64,000 nucleotides of DNA from assembly GCA_002633005.1 (NCBI GenBank), contig NMRA01000336.1, positions 81,268-145,267 on the forward strand. The letters run 5' to 3'. Origin of the DNA: Phoronis australis (taxonomy: Eukaryota; Animalia; Phoronida). Made by a program: the position numbers and the translations under genes. The notes below the pieces were generated by a model. The model did not search any database. It saw only the letters and a list, made by a program, of their open reading frames with translations, and was not told the origin of the DNA. Position 1 is the stretch's first letter, and every line of letters begins with the position of its first letter. Positions 36,229 to 49,158 of the stretch are shown piece by piece.

Positions 36229-37924
36229 CAAGGGGGCGGAGCTTGCGATAGGTCAAATTCCTGTCGCAGACCGAAGACCAAGAACCAATTCAGTATTTAT
36301 GAGATTGTCTTTTTGCCTTTTCTGAAGTTTCGCCTTCAGTCATAAGTTGGCCCGATTTTCGGTCTTAACTTCAACAAATTCGTCATCTTTTAAGTCTAAG
36401 TTACTTTTCATAAAACCGGTTCCTCATCCTCTGGCAGGGATACGTTGGAACTACGAGAATCAAAGTCCTTTGTGAATTTGAATATATTGTGTACATACCT
36501 TTTGCATGTGTGTGAAGTTTGCACGTGCTACTCGCATGGATACATTCATGTTCTGGTGTGTTATTAAATTGATTTACAACGATAAATAAGAAACTGTTTA
36601 AATCATTCGTCATCTGTAAATCAAAGTAAAACCTACATTGACACCAGGCGTCACAACAGTTGTCCGAATGTCGTCGACATCCGTTGTCACGTTCATGAGA
36701 AATACACTGCACTCTTTCACAGGTAGCACTGTGGAATGTTTATCATGGCTTCTTATTGGTTGAAGTAATGAAACCGACATCATAACATTCAGTCATTCCC
36801 ATTGGTTGAAATCTGGGAAACCCCTTTCAGTTTACTGTTACGTAGTATGGCGTCCACCTTTGACTTGAAAACGTGCAGTGATCAAAGTAAACAAAATCAA
36901 GGGAACCCCAATCCCGTATCTAAGCCCAAACAAGCACAGTGCTTAGAAGGCGTGTGCAAGTGGTGGCGAGGTGATCAATAAACATCCGATCAAGCATGCG
37001 CATTGAGACCCACACACGGAATTCCGTGTGTCGTTCATCATGTTTCCACAGGGCCACTTTTCAGTATAGGTGACGCTATGCCAGAGGGTAAAAAATACAC
37101 TTGCCAAGTTTAACAAAATCTTGTTGGGCTTAAAGGAGTAACAGCAAAAGTACCACTAGGGTTGCACTTAAGTCAAAGTCGTACAAAAATCATTGACAGC
37201 TGTGCTGTTCGCAGTAGGAAAATATGCCAAATTTCACAACGATCCTTCAATGTGGTTTGCCCGATGCAGTGCTGAACGCCAAAAATTGACTCGAAAATTA
37301 TTAAAATGGTCAATCATGTATATAAAAGATACTGATTTGGTAGATTTCATGAAAATCCGACAGGGTATTCCGTCAACGCAGAGGAAATGTGCTGTATCTT
37401 TGTAACTATAACTTGCATTTGTAACTGTACCTTGAACTGTCTCTCATTAACCCGTACCTGGATATGCATATTTATTTATTCTTTCACCAAATCAAACATA
37501 TTCGAGAACTTACCGGAATCTATTCAAGCATTCTAAAACATATACTAGGCTCTAGAATGTTCCATAGTTCTACATCAGTCACAAATATACTGAAAACTAC
37601 TAGAATGATTTCAAATAATATATTGTTAACAACTTTATTCCTGGCCTGACTTCACAGGTCGTGCCCCTCAAGTGTTTTCTACTCGGGACAGCATCGCACG
37701 CGAAATAATGTGAAAGTACTCTTAAGACTTAGCAATGTTATGGTTTTGATTGATAGCTAAACCAGTCTAAATATTGATAAAGTACATACATGTACTTAGT
37801 GAATTCAACAAACTTGAATCAAATGGTGAAATTTGATAGAAAGTTAACTGAACGGCAGGGAAATCTTAACAAATAGGCGACATTTCAAACAGTCGAATGT
37901 TGTAACATGTTGGCATCAACTTAC

Positions 37925-38087
37925 CAAGGATTTTCAACCTGTATCTGGTGATCTTTTTTTCCTGTAATCTGGACGCGATACACTTTATAGCGCCAGCATC
38001 AGAAGCTTGAAGAGTTGTGATGGTAAGGTGCTTCTTCAATCTCACTAAATCTTTGGTCTCTCTGTAAGTTGGTGCCTCCATGTATCT
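37925..38087 (-). CDS. Exon 10 (0-1): Ig D3, second half (copy A)
   Basis: Acceptor tgtatAG, donor GTAAGT; RYMEAPTYRETKDLVRLKKHLTITTLQASDAGAIKCIASRLQEKKITRYRLKIL. Confidence 0.88.
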
Positions 38088-38686
38088 CTATACAGTATAA
38101 AGATTTAGAACGGTTTAAAGCCTCTGAGTGCCGAATCCGAATCGCATTGTTCCGTGAGGAAGGCACGGATTTTCGAGGGGAAGCTCCAAAATGCTTTTAG
38201 TACACGTTTCTAAAACGTTAAGCTTTTGCTATACTTTATCAAGGAATTACATGACGAAGGCCATGGTCACAGATGCTTGAATTCGGTTACCAACAATTTT
38301 GGCATGATATTTGAATTATTTCTTCTTCAATTTAAGTACTTTTAATCAGGAGACAAACGCAAAAATTAAAAAATATAAAATTTGCGTGACTTCATCAGTG
38401 GTAATCCGATTTCCGTCATTGTGTTGCTCTACACCAGCCGTGAGCTGGAGTGGTCTCGAAAAGAATCAAATAATATGCTCGAGACAAGAATTATGAAAAG
38501 GTACACGAGTGTGCGGACAAACAAAATTTCAGTTTTCCTGTACCCAAAAGACCCTAAGATCGCCTAGAAATGGCACAGGTTCATGCGTCGGACACGGATA
38601 CGGCAGTGCACGGTGAAACAAGTGATCAATTCACGCGCCATGTTGTGCTCCGCCATTATTAAGAATCTTGCTTCCACCAGGCAAAA

Positions 38687-39558
38687 GCAAAAGGTACCCG
38701 CTCATCCAAAACCTTTACGGCAAACAGATGGCGCTGGATGCAATGATGCTTTACTAACAGGCAGCGCTGCTTACAGTCATGGGACATTCTTGTGTGAACT
38801 GAATCTTGTGTTATGCCGGAACATAAAATACAGACGTTTCTACTTGGTGAACCATCAGCTGCCGTGTCGTGCCACGGCCAGTCCGGTCTGCTGGGCTCAG
38901 TGTTGGCTAACGAGACGCTGAACGAAAAAGAAAATATCGCAGAGAATAAAACCTAACATGTATATCACCATGTATAATTCAAGCATAATTTAAAAAAGTG
39001 GTTATATTTCAACCTAATTAAAATTATGGTTGTGAAGTTGCCAAAATCTCGCCGGGCGGAAAAGTGGCCGGGCCCGGTTTAGTAGCCTCACCATGGTCAC
39101 GTTCATTGAATATATATTTTACCCCAGCGTTTAGGCCGAGCAACCACAACAGCGTATATTATTAACACTTTCATCTTAATTATATGTTATAAATAGTTGT
39201 TACAAATGGGGTTTTAAACATGGAATGTCGGACACAAAGATTTCTTTTCCACACAAATTCGCCACTCATCAGGACATACACTGTCTGGTTCATGAACTCT
39301 CGTGACCTGTGGTTACAGTCAGCAGCAGCAGAATGTAGGTCAAGGTTTTTGGTTAAGATTCTCTGGCAGACAGTCTTACTTGAGCGATAAAATGACACGT
39401 GATTGATGAAAAGCGCCATCTGTTAGCCGTAAAGGTTTTGGATGAGCGGGTACCTTTTGCCTGGCAGACAGTCTTACTTGAGCGATAAAATGACACGTGA
39501 TTGATGAAAAGCGCCATCTGTTAGCCGTAAAGGTTTTGGATGAGCGGGTACCTTTTGC
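38687..39558 (-). mobile_element. 872-bp MITE, copy 2, inverted relative to copy 1
   Basis: Same length; appears to be the exact reverse complement of 35357-36228 (the ORF track gives identical peptides on opposite strands). Confidence 0.9.
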
Positions 39559-39651
39559 TTCGAGCAGTCGCAGAAACGGAAATTTGATGAAAGTTTCTTT
39601 AACCTGCTTCGTGGTGCAGTTTTCCCCTACTTTAAGAAGATTGATGCTTAC

Positions 39652-39806
39652 CCCTGATGTCTTTGTTCGGTAATCCCACGACAGTTGTACGTTAAGTAGA
39701 TCAGTGACTGCCTGCGCTTCGACTTGGCATTTAAGTGTGGCTTTGTCACCTAGTCGATAGGCGCCTTCGTATGCTTCGATGAATGGTTTTGGCGGCAAGT
39801 CGTTCC
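39652..39806 (-). CDS. Exon 9 (1-0): Ig D3, first half (copy A)
   Basis: Acceptor acgtAG, donor GTAAGC; NDLPPKPFIEAYEGAYRLGDKATLKCQVEAQAVTDLLNVQLSWDYRTKTSG. Confidence 0.88.
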
Positions 39807-39922
39807 CTACGTGTAACACATAATACTTTCCCAGTCTGATTTATCACTGTTGTTTCGTGACGAATTTTCTGCATTTCAAAATACTCAATGTTGGGACCCC
39901 ATTCAGAGATTGTAAATCACAT

Positions 39923-40782
39923 AAATATAGATTATTACATGGCGAAGTCGTTATCCCTAGTTATCTAGAGCCCGAGTGGATTTAAGAGAATTATCGCCAG
40001 AGGGGCGTTAGCCCCGAGGGTGATAATTCTCCAAAATCCACGAGGGCTCTAGATAAGGGGGATCACGACTGAGAACATGTAATAATCTATTTATACCACA
40101 TACTGAACGAGAAACATTGCAATGAATCGATCTACCTTTCTCGACTCGCCTCGGCTTTGTAACTACTTTCTATGTCAGAGGCCCGGGGCCGGAGGTCGTG
40201 ACCTTTTAAAAAAGCGAGCTGATATCAAATATAGCTTATACTCAAAACCAATTGAAAATTTAAACAAAATAGAAATAAAATGAAACTATAAATTAAGGTT
40301 TAGCAACTATTATAGCTTACTACACATTTTATCACGCTCAGCTTCGACTGGGAAAATATCGTCTGCTAAAGTAGGTTACTATTAGTATCTGACTACAATG
40401 CTTAAGTCAAAGGATCCCGACGACATGATACCCGCATTCAAATTGGAGATCAGTGACTTACAAGTGAGAGAACACGATCGAAAAATTTTACTGAATTAAA
40501 ATATCGTTTTTATGGAAATTATGCGTCTTATTTTTCATAATGTATAAATGTCGGTGCAATGCCCTTTGCTGAACATGCGATTGTTGCGCGTGCTCATTAT
40601 TTTTCGCGTTCGATGACGTCAGCCGCTAAGTGGTAGTGGTAAAGTCGGCGACTCGAAACTCTTGACGCCCGGTTCGAATCCGGCCTCGGTTTCCCGCCAA
40701 AATGTTATCTCACTATTGAAATAACTTTATGGGTTATTACACGGTTGTATCTGCCATTCGAGGCTAATATTGAGGTATAAAT
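39923..40782. mobile_element. Element with a 170-bp terminal hairpin (Crypton-like non-autonomous, tentative)
   Basis: 39923-40092 is a long palindrome (ATAGATTATTACATG ... CATGTAATAATCTAT); ttatacc/ggtataa pairing; tRNA-like B-box GGTTCGAATCC at 40671-40681. Confidence 0.45.
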
Positions 40783-41018
40783 GGTTATATTTACCACAAC
40801 CAATTACAACACACATAGCTAAATAGTGTAGATAGCAGTCCTATTAACAGTAACAATAATAATGATGATGACGGTGGTGTGGGGGATGGTGGTGATGTCT
40901 GCAGTGTGTGTACTTGGGAAACATTCTAACAAGATGATCGAACCTAAATGTTTAAACTTATCTTGTACGTTTCATATTAGTATCGAGCTAAATGCTGTCA
41001 CCTGTCGGTAATACGTAC

Positions 41019-41303
41019 GTAAATATATAACAAACAAGGAGAAGGAATCCGTGCGTGACCCTAATGCAGCTTTGCAATACATCATTCCTTGCATGTGTAC
41101 TGTTGGGCTCCGAACGGTTACTCCTCGCTGTTTACTGTACCCTATGTTCGACCTGAACGTGAACTCCGTCATGTCGTTGCCGTTGATAAACTTTACTTGC
41201 GCCTTTGAGTTAGTAACGCGACATGGTAAGACAGCTGGGACTTTATGATACACCACTTTTATCGTCATGTGACGGGACTTCACCAAGAATAACCTTTTTG
41301 CAT
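41019..41303 (-). CDS. Exon 8 (1-1): Ig D2 (copy A)
   Basis: Acceptor ttttctcAG, donor GTACGT; ...PAVLPCRVTNSKAQVKF...YSKQRGVTV...GMMYCKA..., with the 'PCRVT' VEGFR/PDGFR D2 signature. Confidence 0.92.
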
Positions 41304-43116
41304 CTGAGAAAAGTGACAACTACAAGATGACAAGACCAACTTCGACCGTTGATATGCGCCAATAGGGCATCTTATGTTCCTAGGGGTTACCAAATAGTTT
41401 GATGCAGGGTGCAAGGAGACTATTTGAACACAAATGGTCAGAATTAACATCAGATCAAACAGTTTAAAACAAGGGAGTATAACACCAGGCACCCAAATAT
41501 TAGAATATCTGGTCTACTTTTTGAGATTCGAAGATAGAAACGAAATGACAAAACGGGCACAGCACTAGTTGGAATCTGTTCAAAACTGGTATCTATAATC
41601 TCCAAAATAGAACGGTCACTACGGTGCTGCATTAATACGAAACACAAAAGGTAACAGCGCATTGCCGTTACATACCTCTGCGTCAACGTTTCAATGAAAT
41701 CGGTCAAATTCCTAGATATCATACGGAGACGCCCTCCTTCTCCAAAATATGGAAAAGCCTCATGTTAACACCAAAATGAAAACCAAGGGTGCTGCAGACA
41801 TCGAAAAGGCCCACAAGTGGTCTTGTTTGAGAGCATTTGACATATACCTGTGTAAGGTTGTACATATGATCTTATCGACAAGACTGAACGTTTAGCCAAA
41901 TATCTACAAAACTCTAAAATTTAACTACGTAAAAGTATATATTTTCTGAAAGCAAAAATCCTTTAAAATTTGATTTGGACTTCATAACAACCTACCATTT
42001 ATGGAGTCACTCACGACGGAGACCATGTATTTTAGTAACAAAAAACACAGTCAGATAGTAAAACAATGATACACGTTCATATTACCGTCATCATGTTTTG
42101 TTCTTGTAAATATTTGGTTTTTCAGTGTACATCTATTAAATAAAAACTGTATAACATTTTGGTATGAAAAAAAGATTCGTCCTCCACTTATTCAAACAAT
42201 TGAGGTGTATTCTTTAACAGCACATTTTCTGAAATGAAATTTCTTCAAGCAGTTTTTAGAAAAGTCAGGGAGGTGTGTATACCTACTACAAGCGTTACGA
42301 TTAACCTTTTCTCTATTTTGGAAGAAGGAACAAGTGTCCAAACATTTACAATTTGAAACGATACCTACCACACGTTCTATTTTTGCGATATTACTTTGTA
42401 AAACGTCACCAGTAAGAATCATCGCCAATTTTACATGCGCGCACCCAGCCTCGAATTTTTGAAAATGTGGACCTTTTACTAAGATTCTTGGGGTACGTTC
42501 AGAGCTATGAATTGTCAATTCGTCGAATTTTGATAGTTCCTGGCTTTTTAGCGGACTTTTGTCTCGTTTTCTACTTTTTCCTGAGTTTTTGTTTCTCTGA
42601 GGCGGACCTTTTCGCCCACTTCGCCAGATGCGCGTATGTTTTATATATGAAGTAGATGTGCTTTAGCGATTAATTTACCAAATTCAAAGCCTACGTATCA
42701 TGCAAAGCACTCTTCAAATGACTGAATAGTTTCTATCAGCGTACATATCTGTGCTCATTGTCCTAACCTCTAGCGAGTTCATAATGGATGAGGTAGTTCG
42801 AGCGTCATTCCGTATAGACTAGGCAGGACGCTGGATTGTTAATCCAGCGGGCACATTGAGGAAAACCAAGCACCATGTTCACATGTGTAGCCATGCGAGA
42901 AGTAAACTTCCACCGAAATGCATGCCAATCGATCGGTCAGTAAAAACAAATACATTTGAAAGAAACGGATAATGTCTGCAACACATAGTGCTATCGAATA
43001 TCAGAGAAACCTTGACATACTTTCTATCAAAGCAAACAGTAAAGTTCAAAAATGAATAAGCTGGTTACTGCGGGTTTTCTTATTGACAGACATACCAACA
43101 CTGGAAATTTCTTTAT

Positions 43117-43318
43117 TTTGGAAAACATAGTTCTGTTCTCCAATCAGAGGCCTTTGCAATTACTGAAGTTGTAATAAAAGAACTGCTCGAAAAGCGAATA
43201 AAAAAACTGTAGAGCTATCTTGTCAGATAGCCAGGCAGCTATTTTAAAAAGCCATAAAATGCTGCTGTGAAATCACATATTGTTCAGCAATGTATCACAA
43301 ATCTAAATAATTTAGATA
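43117..43318 (+). mobile_element. RNase H remnant of a non-LTR retrotransposon
   Basis: FGKHSSVLQSEAFAITEV ... ILSDSQAAI ... VKSHIVQQCITNLNNL across frameshifts. Confidence 0.75.
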
Positions 43319-43320
43319 AA

Positions 43321-46300
43321 TATACACACAAAACGTACTGAGAGTGGCGTAGAAGAAGTAATATCCCACGAGACATTGTTCTGCGTATCGACCGAGAAAT
43401 TCCTAGTAAGTTTCTTTCATTTTAGGCAGACTTTTTAAATTCTTGACCCAGACTGTTCACGTGGCGGATCACATTCAATATGTATATACGTTCTCGTTAC
43501 GTTCCAAGTTTTCTCTAGTAAAATAAACAGCTTTAAATGTAACGATTTCTTACTTGAAAAGAAACAACAAAGATGAAAACAAAGGTTAATTAGGCATTGA
43601 ACTTGTTACATTTCCCGCCAATATTTAAATAACAACATTTGATATTGTAGTTACCGAAGAATCGACGCCAGAGTTGCAGACGATATAATACTAACATTAA
43701 GCAATTGAAAACTGAAACAGAAATGTCATATAATTTAACAGTTTTGTAGCAGATGTTACGTTTTGCATGTTGAGTGTTATTTATACTGCTGCAATTGAAT
43801 TACTTAAAAACTATTTCGGAAAGTTTGATGATCGAACCGGCTAACGACGTCGAGTCAACATTGACCTACCTTTTGAGCTTTCCATGTAAAAGGTCACTGT
43901 TGAAGTAGTGCAGGAGGTGAATATGGAAAACATTATTACATGGCCGTTTTGCACTTGACTGATTCAGCGCGTATGGCATAAAATCGTATCACATTTGCTT
44001 GGACCCTGGACACGTTGGTATACAGGGTAATGGGGCAGTTAACCGATTAGCTAAAGATCGTCCATAAGTTTCATTTCAAGAACCTAATCCAAATTCACCT
44101 TTCCCTTGTGCGTCCTGCGGCTTAGTAATTACTAAAAATTTGATTATTTAAACGATGGAAACATCTTGGACTAATAGAAGTGACCGCGGAGGAGCAAAAG
44201 AGGCGGTGAGCTGGATAACTCCCAGTCTTACAACCAAGCTTTTGAGTCTTAACTGCAGTTGGCAATGCGGGTCGTTGTAACCTGTAGAAACATAAAAACA
44301 ACAGGTCGAGCAACAGATTCTAACTGCTCGAAGACCTGGATTGAAGATGAAACATTAGAACACCATGTCTGTCGGTGTTTCACATATCTAAGAATTACAA
44401 AAATACTTCCTAAATAAACCGAGACTGTCACATACGTCTTCGTCAAGGTGCATTAAAACCCGTCAACCAGTTGTCTAGAGATCATACAGAAACACCCAAA
44501 TAGTACAGAAAAGTCCCTTGCCAAGTCCAAAATGACGTCTATGGGTTGGTGAAGTCTTCTAAAGTCGATTGTTGCGGATGAAATGTCGTCACATACTTGT
44601 AAGTCAAATGTCATTGCAATAAATCCACCAATTCTTCACATATCATCTGGAAACAACCTTTCCCGGCCTCCTGGCATGGCCATGCAACAAACTGAAAAGT
44701 AACATGCGCCTCTCCAACAATAACCATTGTGCCAAAGTTCATCCAGATACGGCCCGGGATTAATCAGATATCGAAAAGGGCAAAATGATCAATGGGGATG
44801 TTGCAGTGGTTGAAATTGTTCAAGAATCGACTGATGCCAGCGGAATGGCGTCGTATACATGTGTCAAGTTTCATTAAAACCGCCAATATGTTCACTAGAT
44901 ATCATTCGGAAACACTCTTCGTCCTAAAAGTACCCCTGATCGATACCAGATCGGTCACTAGGGGATGGAGCAGTGGTCGAATCCACACGAAAATTGACTG
45001 ATGCCAACGCATTGTCGACAGATACTTTGGCAAATTAATGTTCACATTCATGTAGAATTACTGAATGTCGTTGTTGTGTTGCGTTCTGGTACAACATTAA
45101 CGATGTTAGTAATCTTCAAGAAATCGTGGAAAATCAAAATTTTATGTGAACGACAATTCCCATTGTTGAACAAATTCGCCCTCCATTCAGCGAACAAATC
45201 CTCCTCTGATATTTTTCTAAGATCAAATCTATAATAACTTTTGCTAGCACGAGAATCTGTGATTATACAACATCCAAAAATATCAAAAGCACGTGGAAAA
45301 TATTCAGGCCCTAAACTCTAGACTCCTTTTTTCTACGAATACGGCTTCCGTCTACATGTACCAACTAAATTCGAAGAATCAAAAACCCAAACTTTTGAAA
45401 ATTTAAACATTTGAATAAATTAATTATTTATCCCATACGCGTTGAATCAGTCCAGTGCAATACAGCCATGTAATAATGTTTCCCTTTTCACCTCCTGCAC
45501 TACTTCAACAGTGACCTCTGACATGGAAAGTTCAAAAGGTAGGTCGACGTCGACACGACGTCATTAGCCGGTTCGATCATCAAACTTTCTGAAAATGGTT
45601 TAAAGTAATACAATTGCAGCACTGTAAATAACAGTCACCTAAGCGGAATTAGGGAGGGCCCAGGGAGCCCGCCCTCCCCCCCCCCTTGGCTGCCGCATAA
45701 GAATAAATCAGCAAGAGCGAAGGGAAATGTTGAGTTCATTAATTAACCCCGGTAATTAACATTATACGGCTGAAACAAGATTTAAATGTGTACAGTTTTA
45801 GTGTGTTTGGGGGGGCTCAGATTCAATTTCAAGTGTCAAATTTAGAACACGGCGCAATCGTGACGGAACTATGGCTAAGTATAGGCTCTCTCGCGATATC
45901 CCAGGCGACCGGCTGTGGTGCTGCGCACTACGACTCCGTTTTCGTTGTCTGATTCACATTGCAATGAAGAAAATTACTTCATTTTTTTAAGGAAATGGAA
46001 TCTGAGTGACGATAAAAAACAGAAGCTGCTGGTAAGATGTGAATTTTAATCGAAGCCTTAGTGAATCACTCAGAAACTCATAATTCTCTCTTTGTCAAAC
46101 TTTAACTTAAGACGATTTCCAAAGCAATCGCATCATTAATGCCAACACAAAAAACGGATTTGGTCTTTTGGGCAATTGAAGAATATTCTAAATACAACAA
46201 ATTTGTTACGAACTGATTGCACAAAATACAAAAAGTATAATAAGCATAACAAAAACAAGTAGGTTTCGCGTGCAAACGCTGTGGACCATAAACAAGTAGG

Positions 46301-47107
46301 TCTCTCAGTAAGAATTTACAAATGTAAGCGTGGTGGCGTAGTGGGTGGTAAAGCACTCGCGCTCCATGCACAAGGTCGTGAGTTCGAGTCTGTGATATAA
46401 CAGCAGGTTTTCAAGATTGACACGTTCTCTGTGTTTTATTTTTCTTCTTTGCCTTATTTTCTTAGATAATACTTCAGGAATCAAGGAAAATGATTGATTT
46501 TTAGAGGAAAAAACAAAAAAAATCCCCCTCCCGACCTCCCCCCTAAGCGCATCCACAATCGCGCTTTGCGCAAATGTTTACAGACAAAATGTTGGACCCA
46601 CCCTTTGTGATATCCAAGATCCGCCACTAAGTCAACATGCAATCAGGTCCCAATCGTAACATCTGAAACCGAACTGTGAATTATATGATAGTTCTTTCTC
46701 AGTTTTCAATTGCTAAATATTATATCGTCTGCAACTCAGAAGCCAATTCCAAATATTGTTGTTATTTAACTATTTTCAGGGGTTGTTACCGTGTTTTTTT
46801 CATCTTTGTTATCTCTTTTCAAGTAATAAATCGTTACATTCACTAGAGAAAACTTGCAACCTAACGCGCAAGTACATAATTATATGTATATGTATATGTA
46901 TATGTAGGAAGTGATCCTCCACGTGAACAGTCTGAGCGAAGTATCTTAAATGAAAGAAACCTAGGAATTCGAAGCGTATGGGATAAATACAGAACGTACC
47001 TCGATTGGCGTAGATGAAGTGATATCCTACTCGACATCATTACGCGGAATGATGTCTCGTGGGATATTACTTCATCTACGCCATTCTCGGTACGTTTTGT
47101 GTGTATA
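43321..47107. mobile_element. About 3.8-kb element with diverged long inverted arms; right arm interrupted by a 1-kb insertion (about 45636-46631)
   Basis: 43321-43960 is inverted in 45450-45635 plus 46631-47107 (e.g. AAGTAATATCCCACGAGACAT / ATGTCTCGTGGGATATTACTT). Confidence 0.7.
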
Positions 47108-47936
47108 ACAACTTTCTGTCCACTAAATTCTATAACCAAAACGAAATATTTTTGAAACGCACTCCAGAGTAGAACTTTTTGAAAAGGCAACACTTAATGG
47201 AAACGGCGTTCATTTACACGTATCCAAAACCAAAGACGCAACTTAAAAAGTTGACGAAACGTTTGTATTGGTGCCAGTCATTGTGTAGACGGGAGAAACT
47301 CGCTCATTCGAAACAATAAATGAAAGTTTCGTCGTTATTGTTTTCATATACAAATACAAACACTTGGAACGAACTTCTCGCCTCTGTAATTGCAAGGTAA
47401 GTAGTAACGTACACGATAACACCACTATTGAATCGATTCAGTTTGTAGTCAGGTTCACTATGTCCAAATTTTGACATTCGTGGGAATTTTTTGGGGAAAG
47501 TGGAGACTATATATTTTTGGAAACGTCATGGAATGACGAATCAGAAAATAATTGATTCTATTTTTTCATTGGCCATCTTGGCGACCATTTTTTTTTTCAA
47601 AAATGGCGCCGGTAAAATGGATTTTGCCTAATATATCCGCCCTTGGGTCACTGAGAATGTTAGTTTTTATCGCTACACCTGCAGTTCTGAGGTCAATGAA
47701 TTAGAAATTTTAATTTTAATGGCGGTCATCTTGGTGGCCATCTTGAAATTTCACAAATGGCGCCAGTATAATACATTGTGCTCAGTATTTCTGTTCTTGG
47801 GTCACTTAGAATGTTAGCTTTAATGGCTGAAAAGGATGCAAAGATGACGCGGGTGTACGCAGAACATTTTGAAAATGCAAAAAGAGGTTATTTTCAAATA
47901 AAAACAAGGCAGTGTGAGCAGAGCCGATGATGATAC

Positions 47937-48096
47937 CATTCACGTATATGTAGATGGTAGTATTTTTCGTTTCGTCGCTTTCGAGTCTACATGTTTTCGG
48001 GCCTGTATCTTCAGGAACCAATTTTCCGAAGATTAACCAAGTTTCGTACTTGCGAGTTTCGTTGTTGTATTCACGAGGTGATCCGTCAGCTGGTTC
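47937..48096 (-). CDS. Exon 7 (0-1): Ig D1, second half (copy A)
   Basis: Acceptor ctttcAG, donor GTATCA; EPADGSPREYNNETRKYETWLIFGKLVPEDTGPKTCRLESDETKNTTIYIYVN, with the 'DTG...C' and 'IYIYV' D1 ending. Confidence 0.9.
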
Positions 48097-48341
48097 CTGA
48101 AAGAACACAGACAAGGAACAATTCATGCTCTTAATGAATCAGTTAGATAATCATGTTCTAACCATTACTGTACAATGTTTGTTGTGCATGTATATAATGC
48201 AACAATTAGACGTGATACATTATAAGGTGCCACCTTTTTGACAAATGTGCATGTCAGAATATAGTCTTACAGTATTTTTAGTTGTATTGTATTGTTTTGT
48301 TATTCAGTTTGATTGGCATGACCCCTGAGTTAAGTACAGTG

Positions 48342-48927
48342 ATGATGTAATTTGTTTACTACAAAATAGTGTAGAACTTTCTAGAAAACTCTAGCATGAC
48401 AGTAATTAATGCAGTCTGGAATATTCTAGAGACTAGTACATGTTTGTGGAATGGTTGGGTATATTCAGGAAAGTTCTAGAATGTGCTTGAATTGATGCAA
48501 AGTTCCAGAACAATGCATTCGGCTATAAATACACAAGCACGGGTTTGTGTTAGTCAGATCAAGTCAGTTAATCCTGAGTTCAAGAAAGTTAATCAAGAGA
48601 TTACAGTTGAGTTGCAGTGAAGAGAATCAGCAGTTACAGCGGTAGTCAATAGAGAGCCAGCTACAGAGACAGCAGGTTATTGAATCGACGAGTGTAACAG
48701 TTGCTGAACGTGTCTCAGAAGTTCATCACAAGTCAAGGCTTCGCAGCATTGGTTGGAGCATAAACAGACATTACGTCGGACGTTTTGTTTGAGTAGGCTT
48801 GTGAACGTACGGTCGGGATTAATAAAGGATTAACTCGAACCAGTCTTCAGTCAATCATCGCACTGAAAGCTATTAGCACCGGTCTGTAACAACCTGCGCC
48901 CACCCACACACGGGGAAAAACGTGACA
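48342..48927 (+). mobile_element. Probable solo LTR; related fragments at about 37380-37620 and 28720-28800 on the minus strand
   Basis: TG...GTGACA ends, TATAAAT near 48524, AATAAA at 48821; no clean TSD; left boundary approximate. Confidence 0.55.
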
Positions 48928-48978
48928 GTGCAATACAGTTCCAGGGTTTGCGACCCCTGAAGAGTTGGTAACACTCAC

Positions 48979-49106
48979 AGTCCAGTTGACGGGAGCGTCG
49001 CCTGCACAAGTGATAGTGAGAGATTGACCGGCTTCCACGTCTATGAACGGATATTCTTCTGCACGATCAAGCTTGACAGTGACGTTTAACTCTGGACTTC
49101 CAGGAC
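48979..49106 (-). CDS. Exon 6 (1-0): VEGFR/PDGFR-type Ig D1, first half (copy A)
   Basis: Acceptor ccgcAG, donor GTGAGT; PGSPELNVTVKLDRAEEYPFIDVEAGQSLTITCAGDAPVNWT. Confidence 0.88.
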
Positions 49107-49158
49107 CTGCGGCGAAATATCCAAAGTAAGTATATTTTCTAACAACCCCTTAATTTTC

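Noticed and set aside
40618-40695. tRNA gene candidates (also 46327-46395 and 6672-6754)
   Set aside because: A/B boxes are present but the acceptor and anticodon stems do not pair; repeat-derived.
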